A DNA stretch of 63,258 nucleotides, the filler included. It is 5 parts of 5 records of this genome, joined end to end, with 100 filler letters (N's around TTAATTAATTAA, not from the genome) between each part and the next. Parts side by side here need not be neighbours in the genome. Positions count along the whole stretch, not along the records: positions 37,675 to 46,674 come from SRR2962707_3583; positions 46,775 to 63,258 come from SRR2962707_3585; 3 more parts are not named here. The stretch is one strand, 5' to 3'. Positions 43,523-52,485 of this stretch are shown here, one piece after another. Numbering within the stretch: the first letter of the stretch is position 1; each line of letters starts with the position of its first letter. Under the pieces are notes generated by a model. It was not told where the DNA came from. It saw nothing but the letters and a program-made list of their open reading frames with translations, and made no database searches. The position numbers and the translations under genes are program-made.

Positions 43523-44545
43523 TCAGGGTGTGCGGTCCAGAAATTCGCGCAGAACATCTTCCCATTTGTGCGCATCGAGCATCGGTCCCGTATGGCCATA
43601 CGGTGTGTCGATTTCGTGGAAGCTGGCATCGACCCCGAGGCTTTTCAGCCGTTCAACCGTCGGCGGGCCGAGTTTTACATCGACGACGCTGTCCGAATTG
43701 GCGAGCACGTCCAGAAGCGGAGCCTTGATCTTCGTGGCATCTGCTTCGGATCCTATGCCGGCTTCGTAGAGTTTGTAGAGTGAATTGGCATCGAACTGAT
43801 GCGCCCACTTTTCAGCGTTAGCCCGCACGATCTGCGCGATAGCCTCCGGTGTCTCACCGTTGTGTTTCAGATAATCGCCCAGACCATATCGCGTCAGCGT
43901 CCCGATCCGGGTTTCAATCATCTTTTCGCGGACACCGCCGGGCGCGTCGACTTGATCATAGTAATGTCCGTCATTCCAGCCGGTGCAGTCGGCAAACTGG
44001 GCGCGAATGCGATTGGTATCGGCTTCCTTTGTTTCACGTTTGATGACCCCGGCAATCGGCACCAGGGCGCGCATCCGGTCCGGGTAGTTGGCCCCCCACA
44101 GGAACGTCAGGTGCCCACCATAGGAATAGCCGATGACCGCCTTGAGCTGCCCGCAGCCCAGATGATCGATCAGAAGGTGCTGGGCGCGGATCATGTCGAT
44201 GGTGGTGTAGGCTGGGAAATCCGGGCCGTATGGCTTGCCGGTTTCAGGGTTGATGCTGGAAGGCCCGGAACTCCCGAAGGCCGATCCGATCATGTTGGAG
44301 CAGACGACGAAGTACTTGTCGGTGTCGATGGCCTTGCCGGGGCCGACCAGATGATGCGCCCAACCGTCTTCGTCACCACCGGCATGCGGATGGTTGGTGT
44401 AGCCGTGGCACATCAGAATGGCGTTGCTACCATCTTCGTTTAGGGTCCCCCAGGTTTCATAGGCGAGCGTCAATTCCGGCAGCATCGCCCCGGAGGTGAG
44501 TTCAAAATCCGGATGGGTAAACGTCTTTGAGGTCGCAAGTTTCAT
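43523..44545 (-). CDS. Homoserine O-acetyltransferase-like alpha/beta hydrolase
   Basis: LAYETWGTLN, GPGKAIDTDKYFVVCSN, YGPDFP, nucleophile GYSYGG, C-terminal YGH. Confidence 0.8.
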   Translation of the reverse strand: MKLATSKTFTHPDFELTSGAMLPELTLAYETWGTLNEDGSNAILMCHGYTNHPHAGGDEDGWAHHLVGPGKAIDTDKYFVVCSNMIGSAFGSSGPSSINPETGKPYGPDFPAYTTIDMIRAQHLLIDHLGCGQLKAVIGYSYGGHLTFLWGANYPDRMRALVPIAGVIKRETKEADTNRIRAQFADCTGWNDGHYYDQVDAPGGVREKMIETRIGTLTRYGLGDYLKHNGETPEAIAQIVRANAEKWAHQFDANSLYKLYEAGIGSEADATKIKAPLLDVLANSDSVVDVKLGPPTVERLKSLGVDASFHEIDTPYGHTGPMLDAHKWEDVLREFLDRTP

Positions 44546-44753
44546 GTTTTAATCCCAACGCTTTTCATGCTGCCCGGAGAATCTCGGGAAATAATTGTAA
44601 GGTCCGGCGGAAATGCCGGGTGCTGAGGACGGAAAAGTTCCCGTTTCATTGATATTAACAGCGACAAAGTTCACTTCAAGTTAGCTTCGCGGATTTGCAG
44701 TTGCTTTGCGAGAGGGGCTTTTCAACAGCGCTGGAAATTGGCATTCAGACTGA

Positions 44754-45566
44754 ATGACTGAATATCCTGATGATGAGTTTCTGATCGCGGCCGGCAAACG
44801 GCTGGAATACACGTGGGTCAACAGGCCGCCTGAGGGCGATGAACCGGTTCTGGTGTTCCTGCACGAAGGCCTGGGGTGCATCGCATTGTGGCGGGATTTT
44901 CCGCACAAGCTGGCTGCTGCCTGTGACATGCCGGGGCTGGTCTACAGCCGCGCCGGATACGGGCGTTCCGACGGGATCGACCTGCCACGTCCGATCACGT
45001 ATCAGGAAGACGAAGCCCGTGATACCTTGACCGCAGTGCTGGATCAATTCGCCATAAAACGGGCCATTCTGATCGGACATTCCGACGGCGGCACGATTGC
45101 CCTGATCCATGCCGGGCTGGATGAAACCGGTCGGATACTCGGCGCCGTCACCATGGCGGCACATGTCTTCAACGAGCAAATGTGTCTGGATGGAATTCGT
45201 GAAGCGAGAAAGGTCTGGGAGACAACAGACCTCAGGGAAAAGCTGAAACGCTATCACGGTGATAACGTGGATAATGCGTTTCTCGGCTGGAACGATACCT
45301 GGCAGCGGCATGATTACTGGCACTGGAATGTTGAAAAGTATCTGCCAGACATCAGGTGTCCGCTGCTCGTCATGCAGGGGATCGAAGATCATTACGGATC
45401 GGAAGCACAGGTCGACGCCATTGTATCGGGGGCGGGCGGAGAAGTCCGGAAACTGATGATCTCGGACTGCGGTCATAATCCGCACTTTGATCAACCGGCA
45501 GAAACGATGGCTGCGATCACCCGGTTCATTGAAGTTTTTCATGACAGATCGACTGTCGGACGTTAA
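44754..45566 (+). CDS. Alpha/beta fold hydrolase
   Basis: FLHEGLG, YSRAGYGRS, GHSDGG, QG.ED.YG, CGHNPH. Confidence 0.9.
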   Translation: MTEYPDDEFLIAAGKRLEYTWVNRPPEGDEPVLVFLHEGLGCIALWRDFPHKLAAACDMPGLVYSRAGYGRSDGIDLPRPITYQEDEARDTLTAVLDQFAIKRAILIGHSDGGTIALIHAGLDETGRILGAVTMAAHVFNEQMCLDGIREARKVWETTDLREKLKRYHGDNVDNAFLGWNDTWQRHDYWHWNVEKYLPDIRCPLLVMQGIEDHYGSEAQVDAIVSGAGGEVRKLMISDCGHNPHFDQPAETMAAITRFIEVFHDRSTVGR

Positions 45567-45575
45567 ACAGTCGCC

Positions 45576-46541
45576 ATGGTAAGCAGTATTTTCATCGATG
45601 GCGCCGAAGGCACGACCGGGCTGCAGATCAGATCGCGGCTCGAAGGACGTGACGATATTTCGTTGCTGACGCTCAGTGACGCCGACCGTAAAGACCCGGT
45701 TAAACGTGCCGGCATGCTGAATGCCTGCGATGTGGCGATCCTGTGCCTGCCCGATGATGCCGCGCGTGAAGCCGTGGCAATGATCGATAATCCTGATGTG
45801 CGGGTGATCGATGCATCGACCGCGCACCGGACAGCCGAAGGCTGGGATTACGGGTTTCCGGAGATGGACCCGGGGCAGGCGGCGATCATTGCCGCGTCGA
45901 AACGGGTTGCCAACACGGGGTGTTACGCCGTCGCTTCGGTGGCGATCCTGCATCCTTTGGTCGAAGACGGTCTGTTACCGAACGACTGGCCGGTAACGAT
46001 CAATGCTGTTTCCGGTTATTCCGGTGGCGGCAAGAAAATGATCGCCGGTTTCGAAGACCCGGAGTCACCGGACCGTATCGACACGCCGTATCGGGTTTAT
46101 GGTCTGAACCTCGGGCACAAACATATTCCGGAAATCCAGTACTGGTCAGAATTGTCGCGGACGCCGATTTTCGTGCCGAGTGTCGGGCGTTATCGGGAAG
46201 GCATGATCGTTCAGGTGCCGCTGCACCTGGCTGCGTTACCCGGCGCCCCCAGTGCTGAAGCCCTGCACGATATTCTGGCCACGCATTACGAAGGCCGCCG
46301 TTTCGTGACCGTCGCCGATCTGGTGAAAGGCGAGGGCGCTCCGATCCTTGATCCGGAAGAACTGAACGGCACCAACGAACTCAGGCTGCATGTCTATGCG
46401 AGCAAGGATGGTGGACAGGCGGTTGTCTGCGGCGTGCTCGACAATCTGGGCAAGGGGGCTTCCGGCCAGGCCGTGCAATGCCTCAACCTGATGATCGGTG
46501 CACCGGAAGAGGCCGGCCTTCTTGAGCCGGTACTGCTCTAG
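45576..46541 (+). CDS. argC: N-acetyl-gamma-glutamyl-phosphate reductase (type 2)
   Basis: IFIDG.EGTTGLQI, IDASTAHR, NTGCY, SGYSGGGK, DNLGKGASGQAVQ. Confidence 0.95.
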   Translation: MVSSIFIDGAEGTTGLQIRSRLEGRDDISLLTLSDADRKDPVKRAGMLNACDVAILCLPDDAAREAVAMIDNPDVRVIDASTAHRTAEGWDYGFPEMDPGQAAIIAASKRVANTGCYAVASVAILHPLVEDGLLPNDWPVTINAVSGYSGGGKKMIAGFEDPESPDRIDTPYRVYGLNLGHKHIPEIQYWSELSRTPIFVPSVGRYREGMIVQVPLHLAALPGAPSAEALHDILATHYEGRRFVTVADLVKGEGAPILDPEELNGTNELRLHVYASKDGGQAVVCGVLDNLGKGASGQAVQCLNLMIGAPEEAGLLEPVLL

Positions 46542-46560
46542 CTTAATAATCCGCTGTTAC

Positions 46561-46674
46561 ACCCCTCACCCGGCCCTCGTCCCGGGTTCTGGCCGGGACA
46601 TGCGCTACCCTCTCCCCAAGGAGAGGGGAAGTCGTGCGTGAGTTCCTTCTCCCTTGGGAGAAGGACAGGATGAG
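46561..46674. repeat. Inverted pair of CCCTCTCC/GGAGAGGG-type palindromic repeats, truncated by contig end
   Basis: CCCCTCACCC leader; hairpins CCCTCTCC-CCAA-GGAGAGGG (46608-46627) and CCTTCTCCC-TT-GGGAGAAGG (46645-46664); GGATGAG tail. Confidence 0.75.
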
Positions 46675-46774
46675 NNNNNNNNNNNNNNNNNNNNNNNNNN
46701 NNNNNNNNNNNNNNNNNNTTAATTAATTAANNNNNNNNNNNNNNNNNNNNNNNNNNNNNNNNNNNNNNNNNNNN
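46675..46774. other. Artificial contig linker
   Basis: 44 N + TTAATTAATTAA + 44 N. Confidence 0.98.
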
Positions 46775-46802
46775 GGTATTGCGCAGCAATGTCCCGAGAG
46801 GG
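46775..46802 (-). repeat. ~41-bp hairpin element, copy A (partial)
   Basis: CCTCTCGGGACATTGC-TGC-GCAATACC follows orfB codons LVHS, where DQG would be expected. Confidence 0.7.
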
Positions 46803-47185
46803 GGAGTGTACCAGAACTTTGTTCGTTGGTTTGCGCCTCGAAACAGCAATCAGCAGCGCCTGCAATACGAGGTCTGTTGGTTGTCGGCTTTGCATCGACC
46901 ACCCCACGATACGCCGTGAAAAGAGATGGATCACAACCACCAGATATGAGAACCCTTCATGTGTTTTAACGTAGGTAATATCTGTTACCCAGGCGCTGTT
47001 GGGGGCTTGGACATCGAATTGACGATCCAAAGTATTATCGACAACGACTGATGGCTTGCCACCATACTTGCCGGGTCGACGTTTGTATCCGATTTGCGCG
47101 TGTATCCCAGCCAATCTGGCCAGTCGGTCCACACGGTTTGGACAACACGTCTCACCCAGATCGCACAGATCGTCGTGCAGTTTGC

Positions 47186-47226
47186 TCCTCTCGGGACATT
47201 GCTTTGCAATGCCCTGACGGCCAGTG
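47186..47226 (+). repeat. ~41-bp hairpin element, copy B
   Basis: TCCTCTCGGGACATTGC-TTT-GCAATGCCCTGACGGCCAGTG; removing it restores GGC TAT CGC AAA CTG (GYRKL) in orfB. Confidence 0.8.
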
Positions 47227-47452
47227 GATAGCCGTAAATGTTGCCACACTCTTCCCAAGCTTCTTTGAGTAGCTTTGTCTGGCGCTCATCTTCCAGCGCC
47301 CGATGGCTTAACGGATTTTTAACCCACGCATAAAATCCACTTGGATGAAGGCACAGGCAACGACACATCGCGCGAACCGAAAACAACGGACGATGCTCGA
47401 CGATAAACGCGTACCTCACTTTACATCCCTGGCGAAGTACGCGGCTGCCTTC

Positions 47453-48748
47453 CTAAGAAACAGTCATGTTTGGTCTGTGCAGGTAATTCTTGCAAATCAT
47501 ACCCGAATGACTTGGCCCGTCGCTTGAGATTGCCGAGCACGCGATTGCGGTATCTTTCCTCATAATGGGGGACGCGCCGGGGTCTCGATAGGTCATGCCG
47601 TGGCGCAGGGTGTTGTAGAACAGGACCGCGATCTTGCGTGCTGTGGCTGTGACTGCTTTGGCCTTACCCGCGCGCGCGGACAGTCGGCGGTAGAAAGCAC
47701 CCAAAGCAGTGTCACTCCGCCCAATCGTGACGGCTGCCAATCGCAAGAGAGCTGCGGCGCGGCTGGATGATCGCCGTGTTCGGGATGATAACACCTTTCC
47801 TCCAGATATCTTGTTGCCCGGTGCCAGACGGAGCCATGACGTGAAGTGTTTAGCACTTAGCCATGCGCGCAAATCAGTGCCGCATTCGCCAACCAGCTTG
47901 AGCGACAGAGACCGGCCCATCCCATGGATTTGCGTCAAATCAACCCCGAGAACGCCAAACAGCGCGGCCCGCCCGCAGGTCAAACGAAGGCGTACTGACC
48001 TGCTTGGTCTTGGTGCGCGGGCGCGGCAACTTGCTGGGATCATATTCAGTGTCCGAGCCTAATCCCGCCAGTGTCGCCTCAAGATGACGATCACATTCCA
48101 GCACCTTGGCCTGATAGAAGTCATAGAGTTCGAGCGACTGGGTCAGCGCGAAGATGTGTTCGGGACGATCATTTCCATTGAGTGCAGCTTTGATTGTCTC
48201 AGTTGAAACCTTGCAACGCACGTCACGATAGGAGGCCAACACGTCCAAATCCCGTTCGCCGACGACGATGCCGCAGATGATCTTCATCCCCGTAATATCC
48301 GTGATGTCAGACACAACATGATGCAGTTGGAGGTTCACCTCCATTGGTGCTTTCTGCATGTGTTGAATGGGGGCCGCTGCATATTCCACCAACCGTTCAC
48401 GTTGGCGCAGATAGTCTCGCAAGGTCGCAATCTCGGCCGTTGGTCGAAAGCTGCCGCGTAGCGAGCGTTGACCAGAATGACCTCAAAGCCGTGCTGCTCA
48501 AGTATCTCGTAAGCTGGGATCCAGTACACACCGGTGGATTCCTTCGCAACGCTGGTCACACCGTGTGATTTAAACCAATCGGCCAAATCGTGCAGATCAT
48601 GCGTGAACGTGCCAAACGCACGCACCGGTGCATCCGTCACCTCTGGGTTTACAGCCGCCATGTGTTCGCGTGAACCGATATCAACGGCGGCAGCGCCAAT
48701 GTTCACAGTCTCAATCGTCGAGATCTTGTGGGTCTTTTGCTTCGCCAT
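47453..48748 (-). pseudogene. IS110 transposase, frameshifted with an internal deletion
   Basis: Split across track ORFs 48335-48769, 47940-48422 and 47453-48043. Jumps from VNARYA to RGSFRP near 48455, losing the KTDxxDA segment. Confidence 0.85.
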
Positions 48749-48771
48749 CTTCTGTCCTCCTGTTAGCAACA

Positions 48772-48927
48772 GAAGGGCGTGGGCTATGCAAATCCGTCAT
48801 CTTCCTAACCGGGATCACCGCAAGGCGGTGTCACCACTCTCAAGTTCGCATCAGCCCATGGACCACGTTTTTTAACGGGGTTCTGCCCAAAGACAGACCA
48901 CCAATAAGCGAACGGCCGCTGCCCTTC
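48772..48927 (-). ncRNA. Candidate IS110 bridge RNA
   Basis: Outer stem GAAGGGC/GCCCTTC encloses two stem-internal loop-stem modules; the loops contain TTAAAAAA (target match) and TTAGGAAG (element-end match). Confidence 0.7.
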
Positions 48928-49342
48928 ATAGCGCAACACTAGCACAGGCTGTTTCTACCGCGCACAGGCGGGCCACAACCCGGAACGGTTTTTAAGATAT
49001 CGCGCTCCTCAGAGACGCGGGCCAGTTCCTTCTTCAAGCGTCTGCTCTCCGCAGCCTGTTCGGCGGTCTCGTTGATCTGCTTGCGCGGCTGCGAAAAATG
49101 CGCCTTCCACGTGTACAGTGATTTGGTGCTGATCCCTAATCGCTCCGACACCTCAGCTACTGAATATCCGCGATCCACCACTTGGGCGACCGCATCACGC
49201 TTGAACTCATCCGTAAATCTAATCCCTGACATCACTGCCTCCTTGCTTCCAAAATTACCAAGCAAGGCGTCTAGGAAACTAGGGGCTATTCACTTTGCCG
49301 GTGCAGGAAAATTTCTGATACCCAAAGCTTTCGGCCTTTGAA

Positions 49343-49356
49343 TTGAGATCAATCAA
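49343..49356. promoter_or_regulatory. FNR/FnrL/FixK-type box
   Basis: TTGAG-ATCA-ATCAA about 50 bp upstream of the ABC operon. Confidence 0.7.
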
Positions 49357-49404
49357 TCAGGTTCCAGCACGGATGTATATCTAGGACCCACCTAGGAGGC
49401 GCAT

Positions 49405-50112
49405 GTGGCAGAAGTCGTTTTTAAAACTGAAGGTGTTACCAAGGTTTACGAAACCGGTGACGTAAAGGTTTACGCGTTGGCTGGCGTCGATCTTGAACTG
49501 TTCAAAGGTGAGTTGACGGTTCTGCTTGGCCCTTCTGGCAGCGGTAAATCAACGCTTTTGAATATTCTTGGCGGACTGGATCATGCGACGGACGGGCGTG
49601 TTTGGTTCGATGGTACCGAACTGACCGACATGTCGGATCGTGGGTTGACCAAATACCGGCGTGATCACGTGGGCTTTGTTTTCCAATTCTACAATCTGGT
49701 ACCCAGCCTGACAGCGCGCGAGAATGTGCAACTGGTCACCGATGTTTCCCCCAACCCCATGCCCGCCGAAGAAGCCCTGACGCTGGTCGGTCTGGGCAAT
49801 CGGTTGGATCATTTCCCGTCCGAGATGTCGGGGGGTGAACAGCAACGTGTTGCCATTGCGCGGGCCATCGCAAAGCGCCCGCAGATCCTGTTATGTGACG
49901 AACCGACAGGGGCGCTGGACAGCAGCACAGGTGTGCAAGTGCTCGAGGTTTTACGCGATATCAACGAGCGCTTTGGCACCACCACCGTTGTCATCACCCA
50001 CAACGCCGAAATCCAGCGCATGGCGCATCGGGTGATCTTTTTCCAAGATGGTAAAATCAGCGAAACGCGGGTCAACAAGACACGAGTCGCCCCCTCAGAA
50101 ATCGTCTGGTAG
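49405..50112 (+). CDS. ABC transporter ATP-binding protein (LolD/MacB-like)
   Basis: [35 protein letters not shown]. Confidence 0.95.
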   Translation: MAEVVFKTEGVTKVYETGDVKVYALAGVDLELFKGELTVLLGPSGSGKSTLLNILGGLDHATDGRVWFDGTELTDMSDRGLTKYRRDHVGFVFQFYNLVPSLTARENVQLVTDVSPNPMPAEEALTLVGLGNRLDHFPSEMSGGEQQRVAIARAIAKRPQILLCDEPTGALDSSTGVQVLEVLRDINERFGTTTVVITHNAEIQRMAHRVIFFQDGKISETRVNKTRVAPSEIVW

Positions 50113-50117
50113 GTCAG

Positions 50118-52481
50118 ATGCAGGCAATAGACATCAAATTACTGCGCGATTTCAGGCGGCTTTGGCTACAGGCGGTTGCGATTGCTTTGGTGTTGGCCTG
50201 CGGCGTGGCGATCCTTTTGACGTCTGTCGGGATGTACAAGGCGCTGTCTGAAACGCGCACCGCCTATTACGAGCGCAACCGCTTTGCCGATATTTTTGCC
50301 CAAACCAGACGTGCGCCTTTGTCACTGCTGGCCGAAATTGCCCGCATCGATGGCGTGATGAGCGTCGAGACGCGGATTACCGGCGCTGCAACTTTGGATA
50401 TTCCCGGGCGAACCAGAACGGCTGTTGGAAAAGTTCTTTCCTACCCCGAAGACTCTGACCCGCTATTAAACCTTCCTTCTCTGGTAAAGGGTCGTTTTCC
50501 CGACCCTATCAGCACCAAAGAAATTGTGGTGAATGAACCCTTTGCAATCGCAAATGGTTTCAAGCTGGGTGACAGCTTTAGCGCCAATCTCAGAGGGCAA
50601 AAACGCACCCTGACGATCGTTGGCACCGCATTGTCGCCCGAGTTTGTCTATACTATCGGGCCCGGTGCATTGATGCCCGACAACGAGGCCTTTGGCATCA
50701 TCTGGATGCCTGAACGCGCAGCGGCTGCGGCGTATGATATGACGGGCGCGTTTAACGACGTCTCGATTGCGGTGGCATCCGGCATGACGACCGCGCCCGT
50801 GATTGACGCGCTTGACACGCTGCTGGAGCCTTTCGGCGGGCTGGGTGCCTATGACCGCACGACGCAGCAATCTGATGCGTTTCTGGACGCCGAGATCAAA
50901 CAGCTGAAAGGAATGGCTGCGATCTTGCCGCCGATCTTTTTCTTGATCTCGGGTTTTCTGGTCAGCATGGTAATGAGCCGGATCATCATGCTGGAACGCA
51001 GCGAGATCGGGCTGCTCAAGGCCATCGGATATTCAAACATCGAAATTTGCCTTCACTATCTGATGCTCGCTGCCTTGATTGCTGTTGTGGGCGTGGGTGT
51101 CGGATGGGTGGCCGGAACAATGCTGGCGCGGACAATGGCCTGGCAATATGCACAGTTCTTCGACTTCCCGTTTTTGATTTTCCGCGTGTCTTATTGGGTC
51201 TATGCCGCGTCAGGATTAGCAGCCCTGCTGACCACCAGTCTTGGGGCCACACAAGCAGCCCTCAAGGCCGCAAGGCTGGCCCCCGCGATCGCCATGCAAC
51301 CCCCTGCCCCGCCCCGGTTCAAGCGGTCGTTCATTGACGACGCGATGGCGCATATGCGGCTGTCGCAATCCACTGTCATGATCTTGCGTTCGCTCTTGCG
51401 CTGGCCGCTGCGCAGTTTTTTGACATCCTTGGGTCTGGCGCTGGCTGTTGCGTCGGTCGTCTCGTCGACCTTTATCAACGACGCCCTTACCGAGATCGTC
51501 GATATGGCGTTTTACCAAACCAACCGGCAAGACGCGATACTGCTGTTTGCCGATGACCTACCCGAAGCGGTTCTGGAAGACGTGCGCCACCTACCAGGTG
51601 TATTGCAGGCAGAAAGCCAGCAGTTTCACGCCGCTATTTTGCGCAACGGCCATCTGACCAAGCGTGTGGCGGTTGAATCGCGGCGCCCCGGTAATGATCT
51701 GAGCAGGGTGCTGGATGCAGATGGCAACCCGCTGGATGTGCCCGCAAACGGCGTTGTCTTGTCAAAACGGCTTGCAACCCACCTTGATGTGAAGCCCGGT
51801 GAAAACGTCGATATAGAATTCCTGACCGGCCGTCGCGAGACATTTAGCGTCACAGTCACTGCACTGGTCGAACAGCACTTCGGCTTGGGGGCATATATGA
51901 ACCTCGAGTATCTGAACGCGCTTTTCAGGCAGGCACCACGTGTTTCCACGGTGAACATCACGCTGGACACGGATCAATCAGACGCGCTCCATGCTGCGGT
52001 CAAAAACACGCCGCACATCGCCGGCATCGTCGAGATGAACGAAAACCGCCGGTCGTTCGAGAACACGATCGAGGAAAACATAGTTGTCATGAACACGATC
52101 TACATCGTGGTGGCCGTGCTGATCACAATCGGAGTGACCTATAACGCGGCCCGCATCCAGCTGTCGGAGCGCGCGCGCGAACTGGCCAGCCTGCGCATCC
52201 TTGGCTTTGGACGCGGCGAGGTCTCCTATATTTTGGTGGGTGAAATGATGCTAATCGCATTGGTGGCGCAGCCCTTTGGCTGGCTGATTGGTGCGGGGAT
52301 CGCCCAACTGATGACCAGCGCCTTTACCAGCGATCTTTATGCAATCCCGCTGGTTCTGGAACCGTCGACATTCGCACTTGCCAGTCTTGTTGTGTTGGGC
52401 GCCGCGCTTGCGTCCGTGATGATCGTACGCCGTCGGCTGGACCGGCTTGATCTGGTTTCTGTCATGAAAACGAGGGAATGA
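50118..52481 (+). CDS. FtsX-like ABC transporter permease
   Basis: Duplicated permease layout with ERSEIGLLKAIGY and ERARELASLRILGF; 787 aa. Confidence 0.92.
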   Translation: MQAIDIKLLRDFRRLWLQAVAIALVLACGVAILLTSVGMYKALSETRTAYYERNRFADIFAQTRRAPLSLLAEIARIDGVMSVETRITGAATLDIPGRTRTAVGKVLSYPEDSDPLLNLPSLVKGRFPDPISTKEIVVNEPFAIANGFKLGDSFSANLRGQKRTLTIVGTALSPEFVYTIGPGALMPDNEAFGIIWMPERAAAAAYDMTGAFNDVSIAVASGMTTAPVIDALDTLLEPFGGLGAYDRTTQQSDAFLDAEIKQLKGMAAILPPIFFLISGFLVSMVMSRIIMLERSEIGLLKAIGYSNIEICLHYLMLAALIAVVGVGVGWVAGTMLARTMAWQYAQFFDFPFLIFRVSYWVYAASGLAALLTTSLGATQAALKAARLAPAIAMQPPAPPRFKRSFIDDAMAHMRLSQSTVMILRSLLRWPLRSFLTSLGLALAVASVVSSTFINDALTEIVDMAFYQTNRQDAILLFADDLPEAVLEDVRHLPGVLQAESQQFHAAILRNGHLTKRVAVESRRPGNDLSRVLDADGNPLDVPANGVVLSKRLATHLDVKPGENVDIEFLTGRRETFSVTVTALVEQHFGLGAYMNLEYLNALFRQAPRVSTVNITLDTDQSDALHAAVKNTPHIAGIVEMNENRRSFENTIEENIVVMNTIYIVVAVLITIGVTYNAARIQLSERARELASLRILGFGRGEVSYILVGEMMLIALVAQPFGWLIGAGIAQLMTSAFTSDLYAIPLVLEPSTFALASLVVLGAALASVMIVRRRLDRLDLVSVMKTRE

Positions 52482-52485
52482 ACAA

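Larger units (their letters stand above)
47452..48988 (-). mobile_element. IS110-family element (~1.54 kb)
   Basis: Sharp break in IS3 orfA at both ends; transposase motifs AVDIGS, ESTGVYW, SGGK, LGAFYRRL, TATARKIAV; no terminal inverted repeats. Confidence 0.92.
46775..49292 (-). mobile_element. IS3-family element, interrupted by an IS110 and by two small hairpin inserts, truncated at contig start
   Basis: IRL TGAATAGCCCC at 49292; orfA MSGIRFTDEFKRDAV...ERDILK (from 49232) resumes as KAAAYFARDVK below ~47451; orfB has WVTDITY...FSRRIVGW...LVHS. Confidence 0.92.

Noticed and set aside
41535-45953. Long antisense ORFs (41535-42368, 43799-44443, 44745-45953)
   Set aside because: Shadows of well-supported genes in GC-rich DNA.
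10189-46774. Repeated TTAATTAATTAA motif as a biological repeat or recombination site
   Set aside because: Always centred in exactly 44+44 N; it is a synthetic linker. ORFs running into it are truncated.
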